Shown: positions 52,115 through 63,500 of the stretch, piece after piece
Numbering within the stretch: the first letter of the stretch is position 1
Layout: each line of letters begins with the position of its first letter
Source of the DNA: Vermamoeba vermiformis
Lineage: Eukaryota
Assembly (NCBI GenBank): GCA_045837725.1
Contig: JBEWZL010000216.1
Location: 310,001-374,000 of the forward strand
DNA length: 64,000 nt
Direction of reading: 5' to 3'
Notes under the pieces: model-generated
What the model was told of the DNA's origin: nothing
Database searches by the model: none
Seen by the model: the letters and a program-made list of their open reading frames with translations, nothing else
Translations under genes and position numbers: made by a program

Positions 52115-53281
52115 ATGGGCTGTTGTAGTTCAGCACCAGACGAAGAAGGTAATGACGACTGTTTTCAATATTTCGCGATCTGATCTAATCCGCTCTATTT
52201 GCCTGCACAGAGCGACGAGGTCTATTAATTAATGACAGCAGGTCAGACCATGACCCTTATTCATCAGCCACCAACAAAGTATACACCTCGTCAAAATTTG
52301 AACGGATACCAAACAACCCAAAGGGAATATTAGACATGCACGGGTAATAATGCTGTTTTAATTATGTTAATTATTATAACATTATTTGTGATTTATTCGA
52401 AAGGAATTGATAGTAATTCTTATTATTTAACAATAATTTTTGATTAAACAAATATAATGAGCGAATCCACGCACAACCTCTACAACACAAAGCACGTCAA
52501 TAGTATGTGTAAAATGAGACTTTCATTGTGCTTGAGTGTCTTTGTACTCAGAGGATGCACACGCTCATATCACACAAGCACAGCTCTATGTGCATCACTG
52601 CCTACCAATCAATTAACGTCTATTTTTAGCAACGTGTCCGAGACACCAGTCGAGACATCGAATTGGGAGCAGAAAGTGCTCGACATTATCGTGCAACGCG
52701 CACTCAAGTAAGTGTCACAGACTTGCCTTATTTGGCAATCACCGACTCGCAGCACTGACCGTTCATGAACGCAGGGATTTCATTGATATTTCACAGACCA
52801 CTGAATTCGCAGGCGCGAGTTACGACACGAGCCGAGAGCGCAGCGAGTTGTATCAGTACGTAGATCCACCCGCTGTTTAGTGTATCGCACAGGACACTAG
52901 GCGTGCTCAGTATATGTACCTCTATGCGCGCTCTAATGTGCCCCACAGGACGATGAAGAAGCACAAGAAGTTGGCGAGCAAGACCTCCAAGCTGAATGTG
53001 CTGTCGCTGCCCAAGCCCTCGCTGAGCCACAGTGCCCTCACCGCACCCGCCGTGCTGAATCGACCTGACGTGCTCAATCAGCCCGAGAAGGAGTTTGTAC
53101 GATATTGAACAGACACTAGGCACAGTGGTGTAGTGACTCACTGCTCCTAATCGATTAGGTCACGCTGTGTGCGCGCAATCTGACCAAAGTGCTGCACGAC
53201 GTCAAGCCGAGTGATGTGGGCTCGTTGGTCGTCATGTTCTCCCCTTCACCTTCCGCGCCGATCCACGACATGCATGTATAG
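52115..53281 (+). CDS. LAMTOR1: Ragulator subunit LAMTOR1 (p18)-like
   Basis: MGCC myristoyl/palmitoyl motif, acidic dileucine EERRGLL, EQKVLDIIVQRALKDFIDIS and C-terminal DVGSLVVMF; 5 exons. Confidence 0.7.
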
Positions 53282-53547
53282 ATAGAGTGGCGAGGCACCT
53301 GTGATATAAATAGATTTGTTTATCGAACACCGCACCTACACTGTAATGCGATCCGGAATCCTATAATCTTACTTACTGTCATGACCACGTGATTTCCTAA
53401 TATGGGCTGTCTTGTGTTAGATTTTCGTTTTTTCGTTTTTGCGTTTTTTAACGCGATTTTGTCATTTTGAATGATTCAATCGAACATAGACACTACTGTC
53501 ATATATTTAATTGTATTTACAATAGCTCAGTACTTAAATAAGAAGTA

Positions 53548-55104
53548 ATGTCGTCTTCGGAATCATCGTCCTCCACAACGCTCTCTTCCAAACAAGGTAA
53601 GCATTTGTTCCTTGTATGGAAATACTATCGACCATGCGTCGCACAATACTCCCTTATTTAGCAATACTGCGATTCGCATTTAATCGCGGCATTTCGATCG
53701 GCTTGAGCCTGATCTGCTCATACCAAAAATTCGCTTGACAACACAATGCTACATTCAACTTATGCTAATCTGACATTATTTTTAATATGATGCAATTATT
53801 TGCATTGTTGAAAGCAGATCAAAAAAGATTTTTATTATTTGGCGAATTCTATTGCAAGCCCTTTTTAACGAAAATTATTGCTATAATAAGACGCTTCTCA
53901 TGAATACAGCTAACGCAAAATAATTCGCGACAGATCCCATCGAGTTGGAAAAGAAGAGTCACGACAAGTCACACTCAAAGAGCAAATCTGGCTCGTCTTC
54001 GAGTTCAGCCAAGCCAGTACACGAAGCAGAACACAACCGCGTGTCTAAAGAACTGTTGCGCGAGGAACAGCAGCACAAAGAGGGCCACAAACACGAGCAC
54101 CAAGCCCCCGTGCCGCAAGCAGCGCAGATTGACAAGAAGAAGAAGGCCAGTGAAGGCAAGGTGTGGGTGGGCACTGACGATCATCCGCAGACTGAAGAAG
54201 TCGCCATTGCAGACATGACTGCCCAGCACTTGTCCAAGCTGTTCGGCTTCAAGACGATCAAGTACCTCGTGTCACACGACAACGAGTACGTTGCCCCCGA
54301 TGCCAACAACAGCTTTGCCTACCGCGTCAAGTACGGCATGTCGTATCTGATTGCAGGGCTGGAGGAGTACGAGGACAAGTGCATTCGCTGTCGCAAGCTG
54401 TTCAATCTCAATCAGAAGAAGACGTGTCGCTATCACCCTGGCGAGCGTGTGTTGATCGACTTGAGCAAGAACAAGAAGAAGAAACAGAAGAAGGGCGAGG
54501 AGGAGTTTGAATTGCCACCGACACTGACTGAAGTGTGGAGCTGTTGCAAAGAAGACGAGATCATTTCGAACGGCTGTTGCAAGGTCAAAGGGCACGTGGG
54601 CATGCTTGAGAAGAATTTCAAGCCCAAACCTCTCGGCGACGAGCCTCTCGACCCGCAATATGACTCCAAGAAGAGATCTCAGTACGTGTTGTAATATTAT
54701 GATCATGTGCACTGTTACTCATCGTTCATATTCACTCACAGAGCGCGCAAGAAGCGTGAGGCTAAGATGGAGAAGTTCAAGCCCTGGCAAAAGCCTGCAG
54801 TAGACACTAAGGGCGTTGCTCCTGGTGCCCCTGCAGCCAATACTAACCAGAAGTGTAAGTACTATATGTTATTCATGAACGCTAGTCAAGGCACGTACTG
54901 ACTGTTGTTGCAGCTGCACCCAAACCTGCAGCCCAGGAAGAGTTCAAATTGAAAGAAAAGCCAGAAAGTGAAGAAGTTGTTGTAGAAAAGAAGGCCACCA
55001 ATGGTGCTGCTGCTACTGAGAAATCGAGTGACGACAGCTCAAGCGAATCTGGATCTTCAGAGTCATCAAGCTCAGTCTCTTCTTCAACCACTAAATCCGA
55101 CTAA
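53548..55104 (+). CDS. Protein of unknown function with a CHORD-like Cys/His zinc-binding module
   Basis: CIRC...CRYHPG...WSCC...GCCKVKGH with K/E/S-rich flanks; 4 exons. Confidence 0.55.
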
Positions 55105-55295
55105 CCCCATTGTAACTGCCCTTATAAACATTGTATTTATTGACGCAAATCACTCGCGCACTCAGATCTGTTTTTGTCATTTTGGGCCAAATTCCTTCGC
55201 AAAATGATGTTTTTCTCTTTTTGCTGTAACGACGCTCTATTTGTTCTGCGACGACACTACGTAGTTAACACACGAGCGCAACTAATCTTCAAATA

Positions 55296-56307
55296 ATGTC
55301 TCAATTCACTGGTTTGGATACCCCCGCTGGTTTGGGCAAGCTCAACAGCTTCCTCTCCAACGAGAGCTACATCGCTGGGTAAGATCGCTTTCCTTGTGGG
55401 TGCTCGTACCTCCGTAAATTTTGTTGGTGCAATATGGAAGAAAAAATTCAGTCATTGATATGCAAAGAACGCATAAAGCTTTCGCGATTCACTTTTTTGA
55501 TCAAATACATAAAACGACGCCCACGCATTTAATTCAGTTTTAATTATAAATTTATCACTCTACAAAAACCAATTATAATTATTAATATTTATTCGTGCAG
55601 CTACCAAGTCACTCAAGCTGATGTCGATCTCCACAAGCAAATCAAGGCCGACAGCTTCGATCACCACAAGTTTGCTCACTTGGCCAGATGGTACAAGCAC
55701 GTTGCTACCTTCTCCGCTGAAGAAGTTGCTGCGTAAGTAATTCTATCAATGTTTAATTGTTTTTCCGAAATCGGATTCTGAAAGTTGTAAGACTTAAATA
55801 CTTTGCTGCAAATCAGTCCGTAATCGATGCTAAATATTAACAAATATCCGCAGTCACGGTGCTGCTGCCCCCAAGAAGGAAGAGAAGGCTGCCCCCGCTG
55901 ACGACGACTTTGACGTCTTTGGTGATATGACCGAAGAAGAGGCCGCCAAGAAGGCTGAGAACGAGAAGAAGGCCGCTGAAGAGAAGGCCAAGAAGGACGC
56001 CGCCAAGAAGGCTCCTGTTATCGGCAGATCTACCATCATTCTTGACGTTAAGCCTTGGGAAGCCGATGAGGAAGGCTCCACCAAGATTATGGATGAAATT
56101 GATGCTGCTTGCAGATCCATCCAACAAGAAGGTCTTGAATGGAAGGCCAAGGAAATCATCAAGATCGGCTTCGGTATCACCAAGCTCCGTATTATGGCCA
56201 ACATCGTCGACGACCTCGTCTCTGTTGACGGTATTATTGAACAAATTCAAGACAAAAATGAGGACCTCGTCCAATCTGTTGATATCTTTGCCTTCAACAA
56301 GCTCTAA
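55296..56307 (+). CDS. EEF1B: Translation elongation factor 1-beta
   Basis: GLGKLNSFLSNESYIAGYQVTQAD, HLARWYKHV, DDDFDVFG, STIILDVKPW, IGFGITKL and VQSVDIFAFNKL; 3 exons. Confidence 0.97.
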
Positions 56308-56452
56308 ATTTGTTCTTAGTATGTTCCTTGGAGGCAGGCGGCTCAGATCTGCATCCACTTAGTTTTGTGAAATCAATAAAACCTCATTGCGAAATAACTT
56401 ACAAAGGGATTGAATTTATTGCTACAAGATGACGATAACAGCACTATTATTA

Positions 56453-58728
56453 TTACAAATCGAGATCCATGTCGAGTGGTCCACTAGGCCACACGTGCGT
56501 AATGACCACTTCGCGCCGTTGTTCAGCGAGACCGCGCAGCTCGAGACCACACAGCACTGGTCCGACTGTCAGCTGATTGGTACTCGCTGCGTCCACACCG
56601 AGCATGGTGAGGACCATCTGTCTGCAGCGCTCTGCTGTCATCTCTGTCGTGCTTTTCACTGAATCGTGCCACGTGATCACGGGCAGCACGAAACGCGCCA
56701 CGTGATGTTCAGGACCAGTGGGCGACAACAACTGTGCGGCACAGTGCCACGCGGTGTGTTCTTCTTCTTTGGGCAAGTGCACTTCAATGCGTGCGCGTAC
56801 AATGACAAAGCGACGCTCGAGAGGGTGCAAATCATCGAGCTCTTTGTCCAGATCTGCAAATTGCAGGGGCGGAGTGCGCAGTGCGGGCTGATGATGGACC
56901 ACAGACCAGACGTAGGTGTTGGGACAGGGCGGCACAAAGTCGTTGTAATGTGGCAGCGGAATGTCCAAGTAGTCTGCGGGCAAGTCGTTGAACCAGCGCA
57001 CAAACTGTTTGACACGTGTCAAAGGCAGTGTTGTCACCTCTTCATTGGCGTAAATGTCCGTGTAGATAGTGGACTCGAGGAAGGTGATGGTGCTGTTGCC
57101 TGCGTCAGACGAGACTTGCTGCACGGTCATGTGTGTCAGCAGCACGACATCACCGAGCTGCAGCGCATCGAGTCGATCGAATTGTGAATTCGCGAACAGT
57201 TTGACCGCTGTCTCCGTGTCAGAGTGCTGATCACGTGTCTTGAGCCAGCGATAGGCACTGAAGCCCAGTGTGCTGCTGTTGCGAATGCGCACGAGTGGTG
57301 AGGCGTAAGTGACGAGGGCGAGGTGTTCGATTTGCGTCTTGTCTGCGAGGGCACTGAATCACGTGCTTAGTAACACTTAGGGACTATGTATTGGCACCGT
57401 ACCTGATCTTGTTGCTGCCAATCAGTCGCATGGGCAGATCTGGCAAGTTGAATGCAGTGAGTGCTGGGCCGTCAATGATGTTGATCACGCCGCCAGGGCT
57501 GTGCGGATTGACGGTCAGCTCAAATGTGTTCGGATCATCGTAGCTCTGCTTCAGCTTGAAGTCGCGCAGCAGTATCGCATCACCCGCAGCGAGGCCGTGC
57601 CAGTACTTGGGCACACTGCTCGACCAGATCACCACATTCGCACTGCCTGTGCTGTCGCTGATCTGCAGCACACAGCGCACGGGCCAGCGCACTCCGTACT
57701 GCGCAGCTGTCGCGAAGTGAATCACTGCTGAGCGCGCCATGACACGTGCCACCACAATCACATTCAGCAGGGACTTGGGCGCACGTGACTTGTGCCAAAG
57801 TGCGGCAATCTCTGCCAGGGTCGCGTACCGGTCATTGCGCGTCACAAAGAGCTCTGTCAGCTCGTTCAGTGAACGGCGCAGATCGGGACCACGTGTCCAC
57901 AGCGAGCCCTGGACAGTGTCCTGCGTGTAGAGTCCTATGTACGAAGCACGTGGTCCAATGATGGGTCTGCACTCGAGGTATTCGAGCACTGTGTCCTGTT
58001 CAGTGAATTCAGCGCGCTTGGGCACCAGTGCGGACACGGTCACGTGACTGTCACTCTTGGCCTCGTCACGTGTGCGGTGTTGTTGCAGGGCGTGGTCACG
58101 TGATCGTGTGTCCCACTGCGGCTCTTGCCACTGATGCAGCGTTAGTACTGCGCGCACAGCACTATATTCAAGCGGTGCCTAGTCTCACCTGATCATTCTC
58201 TTCGTGCACGGAGAGGGCGCTGTCAGGCTGTTCAGTGAGCGCGGCACGATTCAGCGCGCGGATGATGACGACGAGTGAGCTAGTGGCGGGGTCTTTTAAT
58301 ATGCGCCACTCAGTCATCTCAATCACCGTGTACTGCACGATTATTTGTTGGTGGATTAGCGCATTCAGCTTGGGCCACAAGAAGCACTTCGTCTGTTCTG
58401 AAGGTTAACGCGATATGTTGTTATATAAGCATCTGTTACCTTCAATACACCATCGCTCAGTACAATGTCAAAGCAGTCTCCGAGCGCGCAGTCTTGTTCT
58501 GTCAGATCCATGTTGCTCAACAATGTTTTGTCCGCTACAACTGATAATGCATGTTCGGCATTAATATCCATTGCATGTATCACGATAATACTTACATCGC
58601 TTAATATCAAGCACTTGAAGCTGCAATATTTCTTTTTTGTCGCCTTTTTTGTATAATTGATAGAGCTTATCGATGCCATTCTCAGTCAGCTCAATGCCTG
58701 TTTCCTCTTCGGATGCGCTGTTTGCCAT
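56453..58728 (-). CDS. RADX-like (RPA-related) multi-OB-fold ssDNA-binding protein
   Basis: OB1 LQVLDIKR...FDIVLSDG...LWPKLNALI. OB2 VVARVMARS...WPVRCVLQISDSTGSANVVIWSSSVPKYWHGLAAGDAILLRDFKLKQSY...ELTVNPHSP parallels human RADX as recalled. Confidence 0.7.
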
Positions 58729-59022
58729 AATTAATTGTTATTTTTGAATTATTTCTGTCGATCGGGAGGGTAGATCTGCTTTTGTAACCTATAATTTGAA
58801 CTGCTGTAATTACAAATATCGCAAATATCAATATCGACTAACTGTGGACACGTTCCAAGCGTGCAGCAGACATTGGATTTCAAATTAGTTGCGCTGAAAT
58901 TTGCGCGCGAAACCGTAACTAACAACTGACGCGTGACTTAACTGCAAAGGCGTGACTTAATCGAGTGCCAGTACGCGTCAGAGTGGGGGGATTGTGTTTA
59001 TTGAGTATTATTTAACAGGTGT

Positions 59023-60231
59023 TTAATGTGTTCGTTGTCGCTTATTCGGACGTTTGTTGCCGCCTTGATTTTGACCTTGTCGTGCTCGCTTGCCAGGTCT
59101 CGATCCACCAGCGCCAGGTCTCGATCCACCAGCATTCTTGTTGGTAGAAACGAAGCCCTTCATGTCCTTGTTACGTCGAGTACTCCAACCACTGGTATCA
59201 CCTGCACTGTTCGCATCATTGCGTTTACGACCACTCTTCTTGCCACCAAATCCGTACTTCTGATCCTTCGCTAGTCGCTTGTGATTAACATTTCTAATGC
59301 GCGTTAGTTACAGTGATACACAGTCATATATAAGTACATACCGCTTAGGTCCTCTGCTGTTGTTGTTGTTGTTGTTCTTGTTGTCCTTGCCGTTAGACTT
59401 GTTGAACATGTCCATATCAAACTCCTCGCCCTCACCACCGTGCTGCTTGCGCCACTTCTTGATGGCATCGAGGTCTTCTTTCTTCTGCTTGTCGCGCGAG
59501 GCTAGCTTCTCTTGCTGCACTTTCTTCGCGAACTTCTTGCTCTCGCGCTGCTTGCGCATTTCATTGGACTTTTCAACGCGTGCCTTCTCGCCGAGCAGTT
59601 TGTCCTTGACGCGCAGCATGTGTTCGTCAGTCTTGAGCATTTCTGCGAAATAATCGTCGGGTCTGCGCCAGGGGATGCCTTCTGACTCGAGCTTGTTGAT
59701 CGCCATGGTGACTGTGTCTTTGACTTGTGTGTAGCTGATATGCGTCGGTTAGTGTTTGCGGTATTGAGTGGAGATATTGTTAATGCTTACAATGCTGCTT
59801 CGCGTTCGAGATCGTCGTTTGGATTTGCGACTTGGATCGGAACGGTGGAAGTTACGTCGAGAACTTCATCCCAAGGTACAACCTTCATATTAGGGATGCG
59901 CAATTTAATTTCATCTAATTTCTCTTCGAGAGCGGCCTATAAATCGAGTCAGATTAAATTTGTGCGATGCGATCTGCACGATCGGATTTCAAAAATAATT
60001 ATTTATAATTCAAAACGTGAAAATAATAATGCTAATATATGAAAAGGCAACTTGTAATACCTCGTCGTTAATATAAGTCTTTTTTGGTTTATCAAGAGCT
60101 GGAATCAGTTGATCGAGTGCGACCTGATCGTCGTCAGACTCCTCGTCCTCCATTACTAAATCGAGGTCTTCATTGTCTGATTCGTCTGAATAGGTTGGTT
60201 CAGGTTGTTTTCGTTTCAATCCTCGACTCAT
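59023..60231 (-). CDS. EBP2: rRNA processing protein EBP2
   Basis: DDLEREAAF, IPWRRPDDYFAEMLKTDEHMLRVK, QRESKKFAKKVQ, KYGFGGKK and RPGKRARQ. Confidence 0.95.
59093..59133. repeat. 21-nt-period tandem duplication in the EBP2 C-terminus (AGGSRPG x2)
   Basis: CCAGGTCTCGATCCACCAGC repeated twice with a 21-nt period. Confidence 0.85.
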
Positions 60232-60531
60232 TGTGTTCTTTGGTTTGGATCCGGTTTATTTATCAGCAAATGTCGTTGACCGCGAATACTATTCACGCGC
60301 TCGATCCTCTGGTGGCGTTACACGTTGTGGAAACTGCACTCCCTAAACAGGTGTCTAGCTATGCTTGTCTAACGACATCCTGCTCTTTCTCGTTCTATTT
60401 CCGCGATCAAATGTCATAGCTACAACATCACAGGAATAGTGGAAGTAGAGTTAGATCCTCTTAAGTACAATTATACCGGTTTCCATCGTTTCTTTGTCAT
60501 AATCAATTACCGCGGAATATGAACAGCACAA

Positions 60532-63500
60532 ATGAGCACATCTAACACCCCTGGCGAGTTCTTTATCAATCATCTGTTTCTGAGTACACTGCAAGAACTA
60601 GCTCAGCAAGCAAATTTCCAACTCAACCGCAAGAAAGCATTCGCGTACACCAAGGCAAGCAGATCTGACCTTTCAAACTCTGAGAATTATTTCTAGTAAT
60701 TAAGTGCTCTTTCAATTTCATATTCGCCATTTAATTCCGATACAATTAATATTATTGATAATTTATAAAATAGTCTCAGCATTATTAACCACCCGTATCA
60801 ATATTCAGGCTGCGAACTCGATCCGCGATCACAAACAGCCACTGAAGAGCGCTGAAGATGCGCGCAAGTTGTCGGGCATAGGACCTATTATCTCACAACA
60901 GCTCGACTTTGTGCTGCAGAAGTACTATCGCGATCAAGGCAAGAAAGACACCACCACCGCACCCAAATCTGGCAAAGAGATGGTCGCGTGGTTCTTGCAG
61001 GGCATGGGCGAGGAGTATACAACGCTGTACTCCAAGTTGATGCTCGACAAGGGCTACGACAACGAGCTGATTCTGTCCGATCTGACGGATGAAGATCTGG
61101 ACAAGATTGGTGTCACACTGCCAGGTCACCGCCGCACCATCATACTCAAGTCGCAGGAGATGAGGCACAAGCGTGAGGGGGCAGCGAACAATACTAATAG
61201 TAACAACAGCGCTGCAGTCACTGCCTCGCCCAGTGCTGTGTCCCCGCGCACAGACCACGTGCCGCAGAGTCGCGTGGCCGATCAGATCATCGAACAGACG
61301 CTGCAGCTCTATCCACAGCACTCACTGCTCGCGGCACTCGGCATCAGCGTGCACACGCACATGGCTGCACAGCCTGCGGAACAGAACACTACGGCACTCA
61401 AAGTGTTTCAAACTGCGCGTGGTGGCAGATTGCCAGCACAATTGGACCGCAACTTCATCGAAAAAAACTGCAGGTATGTCCAAATATGGCAAGAGGCGCA
61501 GTACTAATCACGTGACAGCGAGCCGAGTTTCATCAAGGGTCACGTGCTGTTCAAAGAAAACAAAGTGGTCCTGATCGTGCTGAACGGTGACGAGATGTAC
61601 GGCGAGATACAAGCGGGAGATCATTTGTATCACGTGATTGCTACACAGTCACGTGGTCGAGTCACCAAAGCACTGTGCGAGTGCAGCTACAACAAGCACG
61701 GCTGGTGCAAACACATTGCTGCGCTGCTATTGGCCGCGCTCGAGTGTCTCGTGCAGAGTCGCGAGACTGGTGACAGCTACGTGCAAGTGTCCGCTGACAG
61801 TCGCGTGACAGTGCCGTCGACCAGTGACATCTTTGACATGAAGAACAGACTCGCTCAACGTCGTGCTCAGCGCCGTCAAAGTGTGACACGTGTCAGCGGA
61901 GACTCCGACGACGAGACTCAGCGCGAGGAGATTGCCGCAGAGATTGACAGCTCTGACATTGACAGCGCAGATCTCGAGGAGATTGACAGTGCATTCCGCG
62001 CCGAGCCAGTGACACCTGTCACACCGCGCACTCCACCCGCCAACAAGATGTACATACCGCGCTATCGATCAGGGGCCTGGGCAATACTGATCAGCATGCT
62101 GACTGCTGCACGTGAGGAGGGTGAGGGCGATGACACGTGTCAAACACTGATGTCCAAGGAGGAGATTGTCATGCGCGCTCGACCCCTCAGCACTGCGAGC
62201 TTTGAAGCGGAACAACAAGTCTTTGATCTCGCCAACAAATCCACCGAAGAGCTCGAGCGCGAGATCACGTGCCCTGGTGGATACACCGCGTGGAGTGCCA
62301 TGACTAAATTAAGAAGTCGCGGACTCGTGGAAGTGAAGGTCATGAACAACGTGCACATGTTCCGCTTGACCAAATCGGGCAAAGACTTGGCCAAGAAGCT
62401 ATTTTTAGCTGCGCAACAACTCGACGAAGACCCGCGCGAGATTGCCACGCCAAAGAGGGCACGCGAAGGTACGTGGAGGACTGTTGTTGACACTTGACTG
62501 ACACTTTGACAGCTGTGGATGATGACAGAACGCCAAAAAAGCGACGCATTGACACGTGTCAAACAGAGACTTCCAACAACATCAACGTGAACAATGTCGA
62601 TGTGATTGACGTCGAGTCAGGGCCTGATCCCACCACCGTGCAATCTCCGCTCAAGACAGTGACACCTGTCAAACACGCACCTCAACCGAGCCACGTGACA
62701 GATGTGCGCACCATTCTCAGCAGCCCTCACGCACGAGTGGTGCTATTAATAGACAATCGCGAGCTGAACCGCGACACCACCCGTTCACTGAAAGACAAAT
62801 TAACTGAACTCGGCGTGGTGTGTATCTCGCGCAATCTCGAGCTCGGTGGTACGTACCAAATTAGGCAATATGAACTAATTTTCACTGAACAGACATGATG
62901 TGGGTGGTGACTGATGCCCCAGCCCTGGTAGATGGCACGCACGCACCTGAACTCGACGCGCGTCAAGTGGTGTTGAATGTCATTGTGGAGCGCAAGACCA
63001 TTGGAGATCTGCGCTCAAGCTTGGCTGACGGCAGGTACGGTGTTTGACACGTGTCATTGCGAGGTCTGTACTGACACGTCACAGGTACAAAGAACAGAAA
63101 TTCCGCTTGAAGAAAAGTGGCATCAGTCGCGTGCTGTACGTGATTGAAGGGGCAGTGGAAGATGAGACTTTCAGACCTCTGCTCAGCGCCATTCAGTGCA
63201 GCATGAGCGTTCATGAATCGATCGAGCCAGTGCGCACCAAGGGCGAGGAAGACACCGCGATATACCTGTCACACGTCACGCAGTACCTCACTCGACAACT
63301 CGACGCGTACCGTGCAGGGGATGGCAGTGCAGTGCCCGCGTGGAGCAGTGCCGTGACCCTGGCCGAGTGGTGGCACACTGCCAGCAAGTCCAAGCACCTG
63401 ACACTCAGCGATGTCTTTGCCAAACAGCTGCTCATGCTCAAACAGCTCACTCCGCAGCGCGTGGCAGCTATCGTGCAGCAGTACCCGACACCGCGCTCAC

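Larger units (their letters stand above)
38598..63056. repeat. Dispersed iterated palindrome TGACAC[G/C]TGTCA (16 copies found by eye)
   Basis: Perfect TGACACGTGTCA at 38598, 44915, 45280, 45381, 45558, 46029, 57010, 61884, 62131, 62550 and 63045. TGACACCTGTCA at 41586, 45472, 45680, 62010 and 62660. Confidence 0.9.

Noticed and set aside
1-53281. Functional cluster of endosomal genes (VPS50, FYVE, ENTR1-like, EH, COMMD8, LAMTOR1)
   Set aside because: They are interspersed with unrelated genes in mixed orientation, and such genes are common enough for chance co-occurrence.
38598-63056. CRISPR array or MITE family as the explanation of the repeated palindrome
   Set aside because: Spacing is irregular, the unit is only 12-16 bp, flanks are unrelated, no target-site duplications are visible, and copies sit in-frame inside conserved exons.
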